Part shown: positions 19,324 to 28,461 of the stretch, piece by piece
How positions within the stretch are numbered: position 1 is the stretch's first letter
Layout of the letters: every line of letters starts with the position of its first letter
Source of the DNA: Marinicella sp.
Lineage (GTDB): Bacteria; Pseudomonadota; Gammaproteobacteria; Xanthomonadales; Marinicellaceae
NCBI GenBank assembly: GCA_965230295.1
Contig: OZ246001.1
Span: 2,400,001 to 2,464,000 of the forward strand
Length of the DNA stretch: 64,000 bases
Reading direction: 5' to 3'
Made by a program: the position numbers and the translations under genes
Notes under the pieces: generated by a model
What the model was told of the DNA's origin: nothing
The model's database searches: none
Seen by the model: only the letters and a program-made list of their open reading frames with translations

Positions 19324-21510
19324 ATGATGAAAATTTTGACTAATCTCTTGCTGATTTTGGCTTTGACCGCATGTCAAGATCAAACCACAGAACCCGTTTC
19401 AGCCGCAGACAGTAACCCACAATCTAAGGCACCAATAGAGGAGGCAGCTATGCAAAATAAACAACCACCCATGGCAGAAAAAAGACCCCATGTATTTAAG
19501 GAACATGGTACTGAGCGCATTGACAATTACCATTGGCTCAGGGACGACACCAGGGAAGATGCCGATGTGTTGGCCTACTTGAACGCTGAAAATAAATACA
19601 CCAAACAAACCATGTCTGACAGTGAAGCATTCACTGATCGTATTTACAATGAAATCATTGAGCGAATAGTGCAGGATGACGAGTCAGTGCCTTATAAATT
19701 GGGCAATTATTGGTATTACAGCAAATATGCCAAAGGCAAAGAGTACCCAATCTATGTCCGCAAACTGGGTGATCTGGCAGCAACTGAAGAGGTGATCTTG
19801 GACGTCAACCAATTGGCTGAGGGACATGCCTATTATGCGTCAAACACACAGAGTGTCAGTCATGATCACAAGCTGTTGGGCTATTCTGAAGACACCGTCA
19901 GTCGCCGGCAGTATGACCTTAAATTCAAAGATTTAACCACCGGTGAGTTGTTACCTGATGTGATCACCAACACCACGGGTTCCATTGCTTGGGCCAAAGA
20001 CAACAAGACTGTATTCTATACCAGAAAACACCCGACAACCTTACTGCCTTATCAGGTATACCGTCATGTTTTGGGTACCCCAGTCAGTGAAGATGTGTTG
20101 GTGTATGAGGAGCAAGACAATACCTTTTATACGGCTTGTTATACTTCACGATCTCAGGACTACATCATGATTTACTCAGGTGCGACCACACTGACAGAAG
20201 TGTTTTACTTGGATGCCAATGACCCAACTGGTGAATTCCAGTCGGTGTTACCGCGTGAGGCCAAACATGAATACAGTGTGGAAGACTTCAATGGCGATTG
20301 GATCATCAAAACAAACTGGGATGCTTTGAATTCAAGGGTGATGAAAGCACCCATCGGTGACTCGCATGATAAATCCAAGTGGCAAGAAGTGGTGCCACAT
20401 GACTCGGAAACGCTGATTTACGATGTTGAAACATTCAAAGATTGGCTTGTAATTGAACAACGCAGCGAGGGGATTCGTCACCTCAAGGCTTTGAATTGGC
20501 AAACTGGTGAAAGCAAATTGATGCAGGCCGAAGAAGCCACCTACACCATGCGCATTGGTTACAATCCAGAACAAGACCAAAGCACCATGAGATATTCTTA
20601 TGATTCATTGACTCAACTAACCAGTGAGTTTGAGGTTGATTTAAACTCAGATGAAAAAACCTTGCTCAAGCAGAAAAAAATCAACGGTGATTATGATCCC
20701 AGTCATTATCAGTCAAAACGTTTGGAAATCGAAGCCCGGGATGGTGCCATGGTACCGATTTCAATGGTCTACAAAAAGGGCTTGGGAGACTTAAACACCA
20801 GACCCTTGTTGGTCTATGCTTATGGTTCGTATGGTTATTCGATTGACCCCAGTTTTTCACTCAGTCGATTGTCGCTGTTGGATCGAGGCTTTGTCTTTGC
20901 CATCCCGCACATCCGTGGTTCACAAGCCAGAGGACGTCAGTGGTATGAAGATGGCAAAATGTTCAATAAAATGAACACCTTCACAGATTTCATTGACGCC
21001 ACCCAAGCCATGCTGGCAGAAAACATTGGCGATGCCAAGCGAGTCTATGCCTGGGGAGGCAGTGCCGGCGGATTATTGATGGGTGTGGTGGCCAACCTCA
21101 ATGGCATGTTGTATGACGGTATGATTGCTGCGGTGCCTTTTGTGGATGTGGTGACCACCATGTTGGATGAAGGGATTCCATTGACGACAGGCGAATTTGA
21201 CGAATGGGGCAACCCCAAAAACAAAGACTCTTATGATTACATGTTGTCGTACTCACCTTATGATCAGGTCAAAGCACAAGATTACCCCAACATACTGATC
21301 ACCACCGGTTTGCATGATTCACAAGTCCAGTATTGGGAGCCTGCAAAATGGACTGCCAAGTTGCGTGAATTAAAAACCAATGATAATTTGGTGTTGTTGC
21401 GGACCAATATGGACACTGGGCATGGCGGCGCATCGGGTCGATTCTCTTATTACAAAGAGACGGCTGAAGATTACATGTTCCTGTTAAAGCTGGCAGGCAT
21501 CAAAGAGTAA
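19324..21510 (+). CDS. ptrB: Oligopeptidase B (S9A) with a lipoprotein signal
   Basis: Lipobox LALTAC, DNYHWLRD, YGSYG, GGSAGG catalytic Ser, HDSQV, GHGG. Confidence 0.93.
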   Translation: MMKILTNLLLILALTACQDQTTEPVSAADSNPQSKAPIEEAAMQNKQPPMAEKRPHVFKEHGTERIDNYHWLRDDTREDADVLAYLNAENKYTKQTMSDSEAFTDRIYNEIIERIVQDDESVPYKLGNYWYYSKYAKGKEYPIYVRKLGDLAATEEVILDVNQLAEGHAYYASNTQSVSHDHKLLGYSEDTVSRRQYDLKFKDLTTGELLPDVITNTTGSIAWAKDNKTVFYTRKHPTTLLPYQVYRHVLGTPVSEDVLVYEEQDNTFYTACYTSRSQDYIMIYSGATTLTEVFYLDANDPTGEFQSVLPREAKHEYSVEDFNGDWIIKTNWDALNSRVMKAPIGDSHDKSKWQEVVPHDSETLIYDVETFKDWLVIEQRSEGIRHLKALNWQTGESKLMQAEEATYTMRIGYNPEQDQSTMRYSYDSLTQLTSEFEVDLNSDEKTLLKQKKINGDYDPSHYQSKRLEIEARDGAMVPISMVYKKGLGDLNTRPLLVYAYGSYGYSIDPSFSLSRLSLLDRGFVFAIPHIRGSQARGRQWYEDGKMFNKMNTFTDFIDATQAMLAENIGDAKRVYAWGGSAGGLLMGVVANLNGMLYDGMIAAVPFVDVVTTMLDEGIPLTTGEFDEWGNPKNKDSYDYMLSYSPYDQVKAQDYPNILITTGLHDSQVQYWEPAKWTAKLRELKTNDNLVLLRTNMDTGHGGASGRFSYYKETAEDYMFLLKLAGIKE

Positions 21511-21527
21511 GAAACGGATCCTTTTGG

Positions 21528-21565
21528 CATCAAAAAACCCATTCAGTAGAATGGGTTTTTTGATG
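21528..21565. terminator. Bidirectional intrinsic terminator between convergent protease genes
   Basis: Perfect 17-bp inverted repeat CATCAAAAAACCCATTC-AGTA-GAATGGGTTTTTTGATG. Confidence 0.9.
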
Positions 21566-21582
21566 GAACTATTGAGGTCAAT

Positions 21583-24500
21583 TTAACGGGGTCTGGTCGG
21601 CTCACTGGAGATTCGGATCAACTCGGTTTGCTCTAAATTCCAATCACCCGGAATCGGATCTGCCCACAGCATGGCACTGCTCCAATCCGGATCACCTCCC
21701 AAATTCAAGGACATGGTGCCAGACAGTTCTGCACGGGTGCTGGCCGGTCCAGAACAGGTTGGGCACAAGGTGTCGCTGAAGACAGTGAATACATTAAAAT
21801 CAAATGGCTGCAAGCCATCCTGAACATCACTGATGACCCAACGAGGTTCACCGGCACCATCATAAATAAATGGGATGGTGATTGTTTTTTGACCATTGGT
21901 GATCACAGCCATGCCCCAACCAGGCGTGTCAGGGCGGCTCCACATGCCGGTGTAATCTTCAGCTTCAGGATCGACACTGAATGCCAGCCATTGAATGTCT
22001 TCGCCACCAGAATCAGAACCCAACTGCCAGGTCATACTGGCTTCCCGTTCATTATCAAAATCGATGGTGATACGCCCCAAGTTATCTGCACTGACAGTGC
22101 CGTCAGCCAATTGGGTGATTTTGAGTAAGTCGGTGTCGTAAGATGTGCCATTGAGAAAGTCAGCGGAATAATACCAAATGGGTAAACCTTGCTCATCATA
22201 GGTGTACCACAAAACCACAATGCGGTTGCCAAATATACCGATGTTAAAGCCGCGACCATCGTTGTTTGGGTTATACCAGTTACCTGCATTGGGCCTGAGA
22301 ACTTTATTTTCATCTTCGTTAAAACGATCGACCAATTGTGGCACCAAGACCATTTTATGCGGTTGGTCCAGACCAGAGCCACTGACCAATTCACCGAGAT
22401 ACTCTTGGGATTCCAAATTAAATTGCAAGATGGCGTTTTGGTCAGCCACTGCCACCAGTAATCGACCGTCCTGGGAGACATCAATACCAGTTGGGTTGGA
22501 ATAACCCAATTCAGTCAGGTCAGCAAAAATACCCTCAAAAGAACCGTCATTGCCATTGGTCATGACCAACATGTTACGACTTTGGTCGGAGTGAATCAAT
22601 GTGTTGTCGTCAGTAACCACAAATGCATAGGGATCTACCAACCAACTCGTGATGCCATTGCCAATGATTTGAAAATCTTCTGAAAATTGAAAGCTTGAGG
22701 TACTGGTACGGTATATCCTATTTTCTTGCCCCAAAGCATAAATGCTGTCAGAAGTACTGTAAAAGTCGATGATGTTCTCTGTTTCAGCACCCGCCAAGAA
22801 ACCTAAAAAGCTTTGGGTGGGGCTGGTGACGTTATTGTAAACATAAGCATCGACATGGGTTCTGTTCAGCTTGGCAACTGCCAGGGTTTGCGTCGAATCA
22901 TCTGTGGTTATTGCCGTTGGAAAACCGGTGCCTAGTTGGGCTTGCCCAGAAGCATAAGCAGGTATGAGTAAAGATGGATTGTCACCGCGGTTCATCAAAT
23001 CCAAAGTCTTTATGCTGCTGTTGGTGCTGTAGAATAAAACTTGAGTTCTTTGGTCTATTGCCAAGTCAGATTGAAAGGTTAATAGACCATCATCAGGCAA
23101 TACTTCGATGCCCTTTGATAATCCTGTTTGTGCATCGAATCGCAAGATCCGATTGTTGCCCAAACTGATCACCAACAAGTCTTGTTTTTCAGTTGACAAA
23201 TCTATGACGCCATCATTGTCATCATCGGTGTCAGCGTGGTTACCGATACCGTCATTGTCATAGTCCTTAGATTCACTGTTTTCGAACACCAGCTGATCAG
23301 CGTTGTCGCCGATGCCGTCTTTGTCACTGTCTGACACTTCAGTATTATCCAAGGGGAAAGCATCGTCAAAGTCTAAAATATTGTCATTGTCATCGTCAAA
23401 ATCTTCATTATCACCAATTCCATCGTTGTCAAAATCTGATTGTTCACTGGCATCATTGGGAAACGCATCTGCATTGTCTCCGACAGCGTCACCATCTGAA
23501 TCAGTGGTTTCGGTGCTGTCAAATGGAAACTCATCTACCCAATCAGACACACCGTCACCATCTTGATCGAGATCAATGCGGATAAAATCTGGCGGTAAGG
23601 GGGTACTTGAAATGCTGGCTTGATAGTTACTGATAGGACCCTTAAACTGATTAATCAGGTTGGCATTATTGGCTTGACCAGCAACCCCGCATGGCCCGCC
23701 ACCACATTGAACAGCCGGATTAGAAAACACATCCAGTTCAAAGAAACGGTCAGGTTGACCTGTACCAAATGACCCCATCACTGTTCCAAATTGGCCAATT
23801 TTGGCAAAACCTCGTGCATCAGCAGGATAGCCAAAGCCTGTAGGATCCCAGTTGTGATGACCTGCGCTTAAATTATGGCCTATCTCATGCACCATCAATT
23901 GATCGGTACAAATAGACCAACTGCTCATGCCATCAGCCATGATGTTGACACCATAGCTGGCATCAAAGCTGCCATCATTGTTTTGTACGGGGAAATAGGC
24001 GATACCGCAGTTGCCCCTGGTTTCGATGTTGTGGGTGCGCAGAAATATGACCAGGTCCGCTCCGGTATCGGCATAAAGCTGAGGCAAGCCCTCTAAGCCC
24101 AGCACACCTGTACCGACATTTAATATTTGTTGTATTAAATTTCTGAGGTTGATATTGGCATCATTGTTGTCATAGCCTACTTGCGCTAAACCCACCTGGC
24201 GGATGGCCAGGTCTATGGACGAATTGGCATAGGCTTGATTAGAAACATTGAAGTATTGATCAACTCGGGTTTGTAACAAACTGCCCGGGTAGCGATCAGC
24301 AATGGCCTGGTCATAAATCACCAATACATCGATGATGGTACCAGCGGCCTTGGTCGTTTTGTTTGATGATTCACCCAAATGGAGTGGTTGTTGTTTGGCA
24401 TGATCATGATCCATGCCACAATCGTTGTATGACAATCCAGATTGGGGTAATTCAACGGCCCAGATCCCAGCTTGGTTGGTGGTCAGGATGTAATGTTTGT

Positions 24501-24843
24501 TGTTCAAGTGCATCTGGCCAAACAGGCTGTTTTCACCTTTGGTGGCTGAAATGGAACCATTAGGTATGGTTTGGGTGAAACTCAGATTGGCTGAACCAGT
24601 AGATTTGGCCTGATTCAATTTTAGGGGTATGGTGATGCCACCTAACTCAAAACTCAATTGTGCCGATTTGCTGTTGTTCAAAACTATTTTGTGGTAACTA
24701 TTTGGGTTTAAGCCAGCATAGGCTTCAGGGTATTGTTTTGAAATTTTGTTGGCGTGGGTTTGGGGAAAAACGCAGGTTAGAAAACATGCAATGGCCAATG
24801 ATTTGATCAGTTTCATGGGTGACATTTGTGCTTTGTAAAGCAA
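21583..24843 (-). CDS. Secreted multidomain zinc metalloprotease (M12B/reprolysin-like) with TSP3-type Ca-binding repeats, a beta-propeller and a duplicated C-terminal beta domain; start probably 24816 or 24825
   Basis: Signal peptide; HEIGHNLSAGH zinc motif and Met-turn TVM; DxDxDGxGDxxDxF repeats; GNWYNP..GRG / GMWSRP..GWG and YDxxG.P.W duplicated. Confidence 0.88.
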   Translation of the reverse strand: MLYKAQMSPMKLIKSLAIACFLTCVFPQTHANKISKQYPEAYAGLNPNSYHKIVLNNSKSAQLSFELGGITIPLKLNQAKSTGSANLSFTQTIPNGSISATKGENSLFGQMHLNNKHYILTTNQAGIWAVELPQSGLSYNDCGMDHDHAKQQPLHLGESSNKTTKAAGTIIDVLVIYDQAIADRYPGSLLQTRVDQYFNVSNQAYANSSIDLAIRQVGLAQVGYDNNDANINLRNLIQQILNVGTGVLGLEGLPQLYADTGADLVIFLRTHNIETRGNCGIAYFPVQNNDGSFDASYGVNIMADGMSSWSICTDQLMVHEIGHNLSAGHHNWDPTGFGYPADARGFAKIGQFGTVMGSFGTGQPDRFFELDVFSNPAVQCGGGPCGVAGQANNANLINQFKGPISNYQASISSTPLPPDFIRIDLDQDGDGVSDWVDEFPFDSTETTDSDGDAVGDNADAFPNDASEQSDFDNDGIGDNEDFDDDNDNILDFDDAFPLDNTEVSDSDKDGIGDNADQLVFENSESKDYDNDGIGNHADTDDDNDGVIDLSTEKQDLLVISLGNNRILRFDAQTGLSKGIEVLPDDGLLTFQSDLAIDQRTQVLFYSTNSSIKTLDLMNRGDNPSLLIPAYASGQAQLGTGFPTAITTDDSTQTLAVAKLNRTHVDAYVYNNVTSPTQSFLGFLAGAETENIIDFYSTSDSIYALGQENRIYRTSTSSFQFSEDFQIIGNGITSWLVDPYAFVVTDDNTLIHSDQSRNMLVMTNGNDGSFEGIFADLTELGYSNPTGIDVSQDGRLLVAVADQNAILQFNLESQEYLGELVSGSGLDQPHKMVLVPQLVDRFNEDENKVLRPNAGNWYNPNNDGRGFNIGIFGNRIVVLWYTYDEQGLPIWYYSADFLNGTSYDTDLLKITQLADGTVSADNLGRITIDFDNEREASMTWQLGSDSGGEDIQWLAFSVDPEAEDYTGMWSRPDTPGWGMAVITNGQKTITIPFIYDGAGEPRWVISDVQDGLQPFDFNVFTVFSDTLCPTCSGPASTRAELSGTMSLNLGGDPDWSSAMLWADPIPGDWNLEQTELIRISSEPTRPR
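23190..23575 (-). repeat. Thrombospondin type-3-like DxDxDG Ca2+-binding repeats (approximate bounds)
   Basis: DQDGDGVSD, DSDGDAVGD, DFDNDGIGD, DDDNDNILD, DSDKDGIGD, DYDNDGIGN, DDDNDGVID. Confidence 0.85.
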
Positions 24844-24910
24844 TTATCTTACCCAATTTAAGCACCGGTGTTAAGTAAATCCTTCGTAGAAGTTTCTGAA
24901 AAAACATGAA

Positions 24911-24940
24911 GATCAGAGCCAGCATGTGCCAACTCTGATC
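24911..24940 (-). terminator. Hairpin after ettA
   Basis: GATCAGAG...CTCTGATC followed on the minus strand by TTCATGTTTTT. Confidence 0.55.
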
Positions 24941-24950
24941 CTAGTAAACT

Positions 24951-26621
24951 TTATTTTTTCAATGGTCGGTACTTGATCCGCTCCGGTTGTAAGGCTTTGC
25001 CATGGCGGTTTTTATAATCCTGTTCATATTCGGTGTAATTGCCCTCGAAGAACTCCACATGTGAGTTGTTTTCATAAGCCAAGATGTGGGTGGCGATGCG
25101 ATCCAGGAACCAGCGATCATGTGAAATCACCAACACACTGCCAGCGAAATTCAACAAGGCTTCTTCCAAGGCTCGCAAGGTTTCTACATCCAGGTCATTG
25201 GTCGGTTCGTCAAGCATCAATACATTGCCGCCGAGCTTCAGTACCTTGGCCAGTTGAAGTCGATTGCGCTCGCCGCCAGAGAGGTGCTTCACCAGTTTTT
25301 GTTGGTCTGCACCTTTGAAGTTAAAGCGGCTGAGCCAGGCTCTGGCAGGCAGGGTGTAATTGCCGACTTTGATGACTTCTTCGCCATCAGCGACTTCTTC
25401 GAACAAGGGGCGGTCATGGCCCAGGTCTTCACGACTTTGTGAAACGTATGCCAATTCAACGGTGGGGCCGATGCTGATGTGACCTTCATCTGGTTGCTCA
25501 GTCCCGGCGATCATGTTGAACAGGGTAGATTTACCCGCACCGTTGGGTCCAATGATGCCGACAATGGCGCCTTGAGGTACCTTGAATGACAAGTCATCAA
25601 TCAGGTATTTGTCACCGAATGCTTTTGAAACGTTGTTAAATTCAATCACCGCGTCACCCAACCTCGGTCCGGGTGGAATGTAAATTTGTGAAGTTTCGTT
25701 GCGTTTTTGAAACTCTTTGGATTGTAACTCCTCAAATTGTCTCAACCGCGCTTTGGATTTGGTGCGCTTGCCTTTGGCGTTTGATCGTACCCATTCTAAT
25801 TCTTGTTTGATGGTTTTCATGTGTGCCTGTTCCTGCTTTGATTCCTGTTCCAGGCGTTTTTCTTTTTGTTCCAACCAAGATGAGTAATTACCTTTCCAGG
25901 GTATGCCATGGCCGCGATCCAATTCAAGGATCCATTCAGCGGCATTGTCCAGGAAATAACGGTCATGAGTAACGGCCACTATGGTGCCAGTGAAGTCATG
26001 TAAATAGCGTTCCAACCAAGCCACCGTTTCGGCATCCAGGTGGTTGGTGGGTTCGTCCAGTAACAACATATCTGGAGCTGAGAGCAACAATTGACACAAG
26101 GCCACCCGACGCTTCTCTCCACCAGAGAGGTTTTTCACCTCGGCATCCCATGGAGGTAAACGCAAAGCTTCTGCTGCCATGTTCATGGTGCGGTCCAGGT
26201 CCCAACCATTGGCGGCATCTATTTGTTCCTGTAATTCAGCCTGTTTGGCCAGCAGATCATTCATTTCATCATCACTCATGGGCTCAGCGAATTTCATATT
26301 GATCTCATCAAAGGCCGTGAGCAGTTCTTTGACATCACCCATACCTGCTTCTACATTCTCTCGAACGGTTTTATCATCATCTAACTGTGGTTCTTGAGGT
26401 AGATAGCCTATCTTGATACCTGGCTGAGGCCGGGCTTCACCAGAATACTCAGTATCAATACCTGCCATGATCCGCAGTACCGTTGACTTTCCTGCGCCAT
26501 TCAGACCCAACACGCCAATTTTGGCACCAGGAAAGAAGGACAAAGAAATGTCTTTGATGATTTCTCGATTGGGCGGTACGGTTTTACCCACGCCCATCAT
26601 GGTGTAGATGTATTCAGCCAT
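24951..26621 (-). CDS. ettA: Energy-dependent translational throttle EttA (ABC-F)
   Basis: MAEYIYTM, ISLSFFPGAKIGVLGLNGAGKST, two ABC domains, ELEWVR linker. Confidence 0.96.
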   Translation of the reverse strand: MAEYIYTMMGVGKTVPPNREIIKDISLSFFPGAKIGVLGLNGAGKSTVLRIMAGIDTEYSGEARPQPGIKIGYLPQEPQLDDDKTVRENVEAGMGDVKELLTAFDEINMKFAEPMSDDEMNDLLAKQAELQEQIDAANGWDLDRTMNMAAEALRLPPWDAEVKNLSGGEKRRVALCQLLLSAPDMLLLDEPTNHLDAETVAWLERYLHDFTGTIVAVTHDRYFLDNAAEWILELDRGHGIPWKGNYSSWLEQKEKRLEQESKQEQAHMKTIKQELEWVRSNAKGKRTKSKARLRQFEELQSKEFQKRNETSQIYIPPGPRLGDAVIEFNNVSKAFGDKYLIDDLSFKVPQGAIVGIIGPNGAGKSTLFNMIAGTEQPDEGHISIGPTVELAYVSQSREDLGHDRPLFEEVADGEEVIKVGNYTLPARAWLSRFNFKGADQQKLVKHLSGGERNRLQLAKVLKLGGNVLMLDEPTNDLDVETLRALEEALLNFAGSVLVISHDRWFLDRIATHILAYENNSHVEFFEGNYTEYEQDYKNRHGKALQPERIKYRPLKK

Positions 26622-26712
26622 GGTATGTTGTCAGATTTTCAAAGCCGCTATGATACAGGATTGGGCGGTAAACTGTCCATTTGATGGTCACAAAAAACCT
26701 GTTCCCGAGGGG

Positions 26713-27327
26713 TTAATTTTTGATGCCTGTCTGTTGTGACACGCCAGCTGTCAGCGCAAATCGCATGGCTTCTTCAAAGGACCAATCCAAACGTTTAACT
26801 TTGTGTTCAGGTATGAACACAGTGTAACCACCGACCATGTAACTCATGGGCAAATAGACAGTCAACAAGGTTTCATGTTCGGCTTCATCCATCCCATCCA
26901 CCACTTTTTTAGGTAGATTGTCAGCTGTAATGATGCCTATCATCATGCCCATGCCTTGGGCTTGCATGTCGACCAAAGCCACTTGTTGGTTTTTGTTCTG
27001 GTTGTTGTCGAACATACCTGCCAAATCTTTGACTGCACCATACAGTGTTTTGATCAAGGGAAAACGCAACAAGATTTTTTCGATGCGGTGGTAAAACCAA
27101 TCAATGAAGCTGAATTTCAGTAACAACCCAACCAGTAGTAACAAGCCAGCCATGACAATCAGTCCGCTGCCGGGGAAGGTCAGAAAATCCAAATGCAACC
27201 ATTGTAGTGCAGTCAGACCCATGCCATTCAGCCACTTCAAGGCTGACCATGTGATCCAGGCAGTGATGACAATCGGTAAGACCACCAAAGATCCTTTGAG
27301 TATGGATTTTACAATTAAGTTTTTCAT
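26713..27327 (-). CDS. DUF502-family membrane protein
   Basis: GSLVVLPIVIT, RFPLIKTLYGAVKD, VYLPMSYMVGGYT. Confidence 0.85.
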   Translation of the reverse strand: MKNLIVKSILKGSLVVLPIVITAWITWSALKWLNGMGLTALQWLHLDFLTFPGSGLIVMAGLLLLVGLLLKFSFIDWFYHRIEKILLRFPLIKTLYGAVKDLAGMFDNNQNKNQQVALVDMQAQGMGMMIGIITADNLPKKVVDGMDEAEHETLLTVYLPMSYMVGGYTVFIPEHKVKRLDWSFEEAMRFALTAGVSQQTGIKN

Positions 27328-27477
27328 GTTTTTGTGGGGTTAAATAATAATTATGTTGACACAACTATTGATCAATTTCGAACCCCATTGGTCATGATTG
27401 AATCGAGGGCCCCCTGATTTGATTGACTTCTTTATGAACATGGTAGGATGTACTTCTTTATTTGAGGTATCTGGATC

Positions 27478-28404
27478 ATGAAGACAGTAGTGACGGGGTT
27501 GATGTTGTTATTGGGATTGCCTGCTTGTGCAGTGGACTCTTCTGGTGTTTCTTTGCATGTCTTGGGTGTGGCCCAGGATGCCGGTTATCCTCAACTGAAC
27601 TGTTATAAACCGCATTGCCAGGCTGGTTGGGACGATCCCAGCGCAAAGAAATATGCCACTGCATTGGGTGTGCTTGATCATGGAACCAAACACAAATTCT
27701 TGTTTGAGGCCACACCTGATATTCGTGAACAGATGCATCATCTACACCAACTGGCACCCGATGATACATTCAAATTACAGGGTATTTTCCTCACCCATGG
27801 ACACATGGGGCATTACACTGGCTTGATGCATCTGGGTCGCGAGGCTGCCGGAACCCAAGAAGTACCCGTATTTGTGATGCCAAGGTTCAAAACTTATCTG
27901 CAAAACAATGGGCCATGGAGCCAATTGGTGGCTTTGAAAAATATTGCATTGCAAGATTTGCAGGCCAATCAGCAGGTAACCTTGACCCCAAACCTTCAAG
28001 TGAAACCGGTGTTGGTGCCGCACCGGGATGAATTCACTGAAACAGTGGGTTTCCACATCAAAGGGCCCAACAAGACTGCTTTGTTTATTCCGGATATAGA
28101 TAAATGGCAAAAATGGGAGATGGACATCACTGAAGAGATTAGGCAGGTTGACTATGCTTTATTGGATGCCACATTTTATGCCAATGGAGAAATCCCCAAT
28201 CGAGACATGGCTGAAATTCCGCATCCATTTGTCACCGAGAGCATGTCTTTGTTCAAAGAATTACCCCAAGCCGATAAAAACAAAGTCATCTTCATCCATT
28301 TCAATCACAGCAACCCACTGATTGACCCGAACAGCAAGGCCAAACAGGAAGTTTTGGACAATGGTTTTCAAGTGGCCTATCGCGGGATGACTATCAACTT
28401 GTAA
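27478..28404 (+). CDS. Exported MBL-fold metallohydrolase (PqqB-like)
   Basis: LGVAQDAGYPQLNC, FLTHGHMGHYTGL, VPHRDE, LLDATFY, IHFNHSNP; signal peptide. Confidence 0.82.
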   Translation: MKTVVTGLMLLLGLPACAVDSSGVSLHVLGVAQDAGYPQLNCYKPHCQAGWDDPSAKKYATALGVLDHGTKHKFLFEATPDIREQMHHLHQLAPDDTFKLQGIFLTHGHMGHYTGLMHLGREAAGTQEVPVFVMPRFKTYLQNNGPWSQLVALKNIALQDLQANQQVTLTPNLQVKPVLVPHRDEFTETVGFHIKGPNKTALFIPDIDKWQKWEMDITEEIRQVDYALLDATFYANGEIPNRDMAEIPHPFVTESMSLFKELPQADKNKVIFIHFNHSNPLIDPNSKAKQEVLDNGFQVAYRGMTINL

Positions 28405-28461
28405 ACTACTTGAATTGGGTGCCGATTCACATGCTAAAATGCGCCACTTTTTAATCAATCA

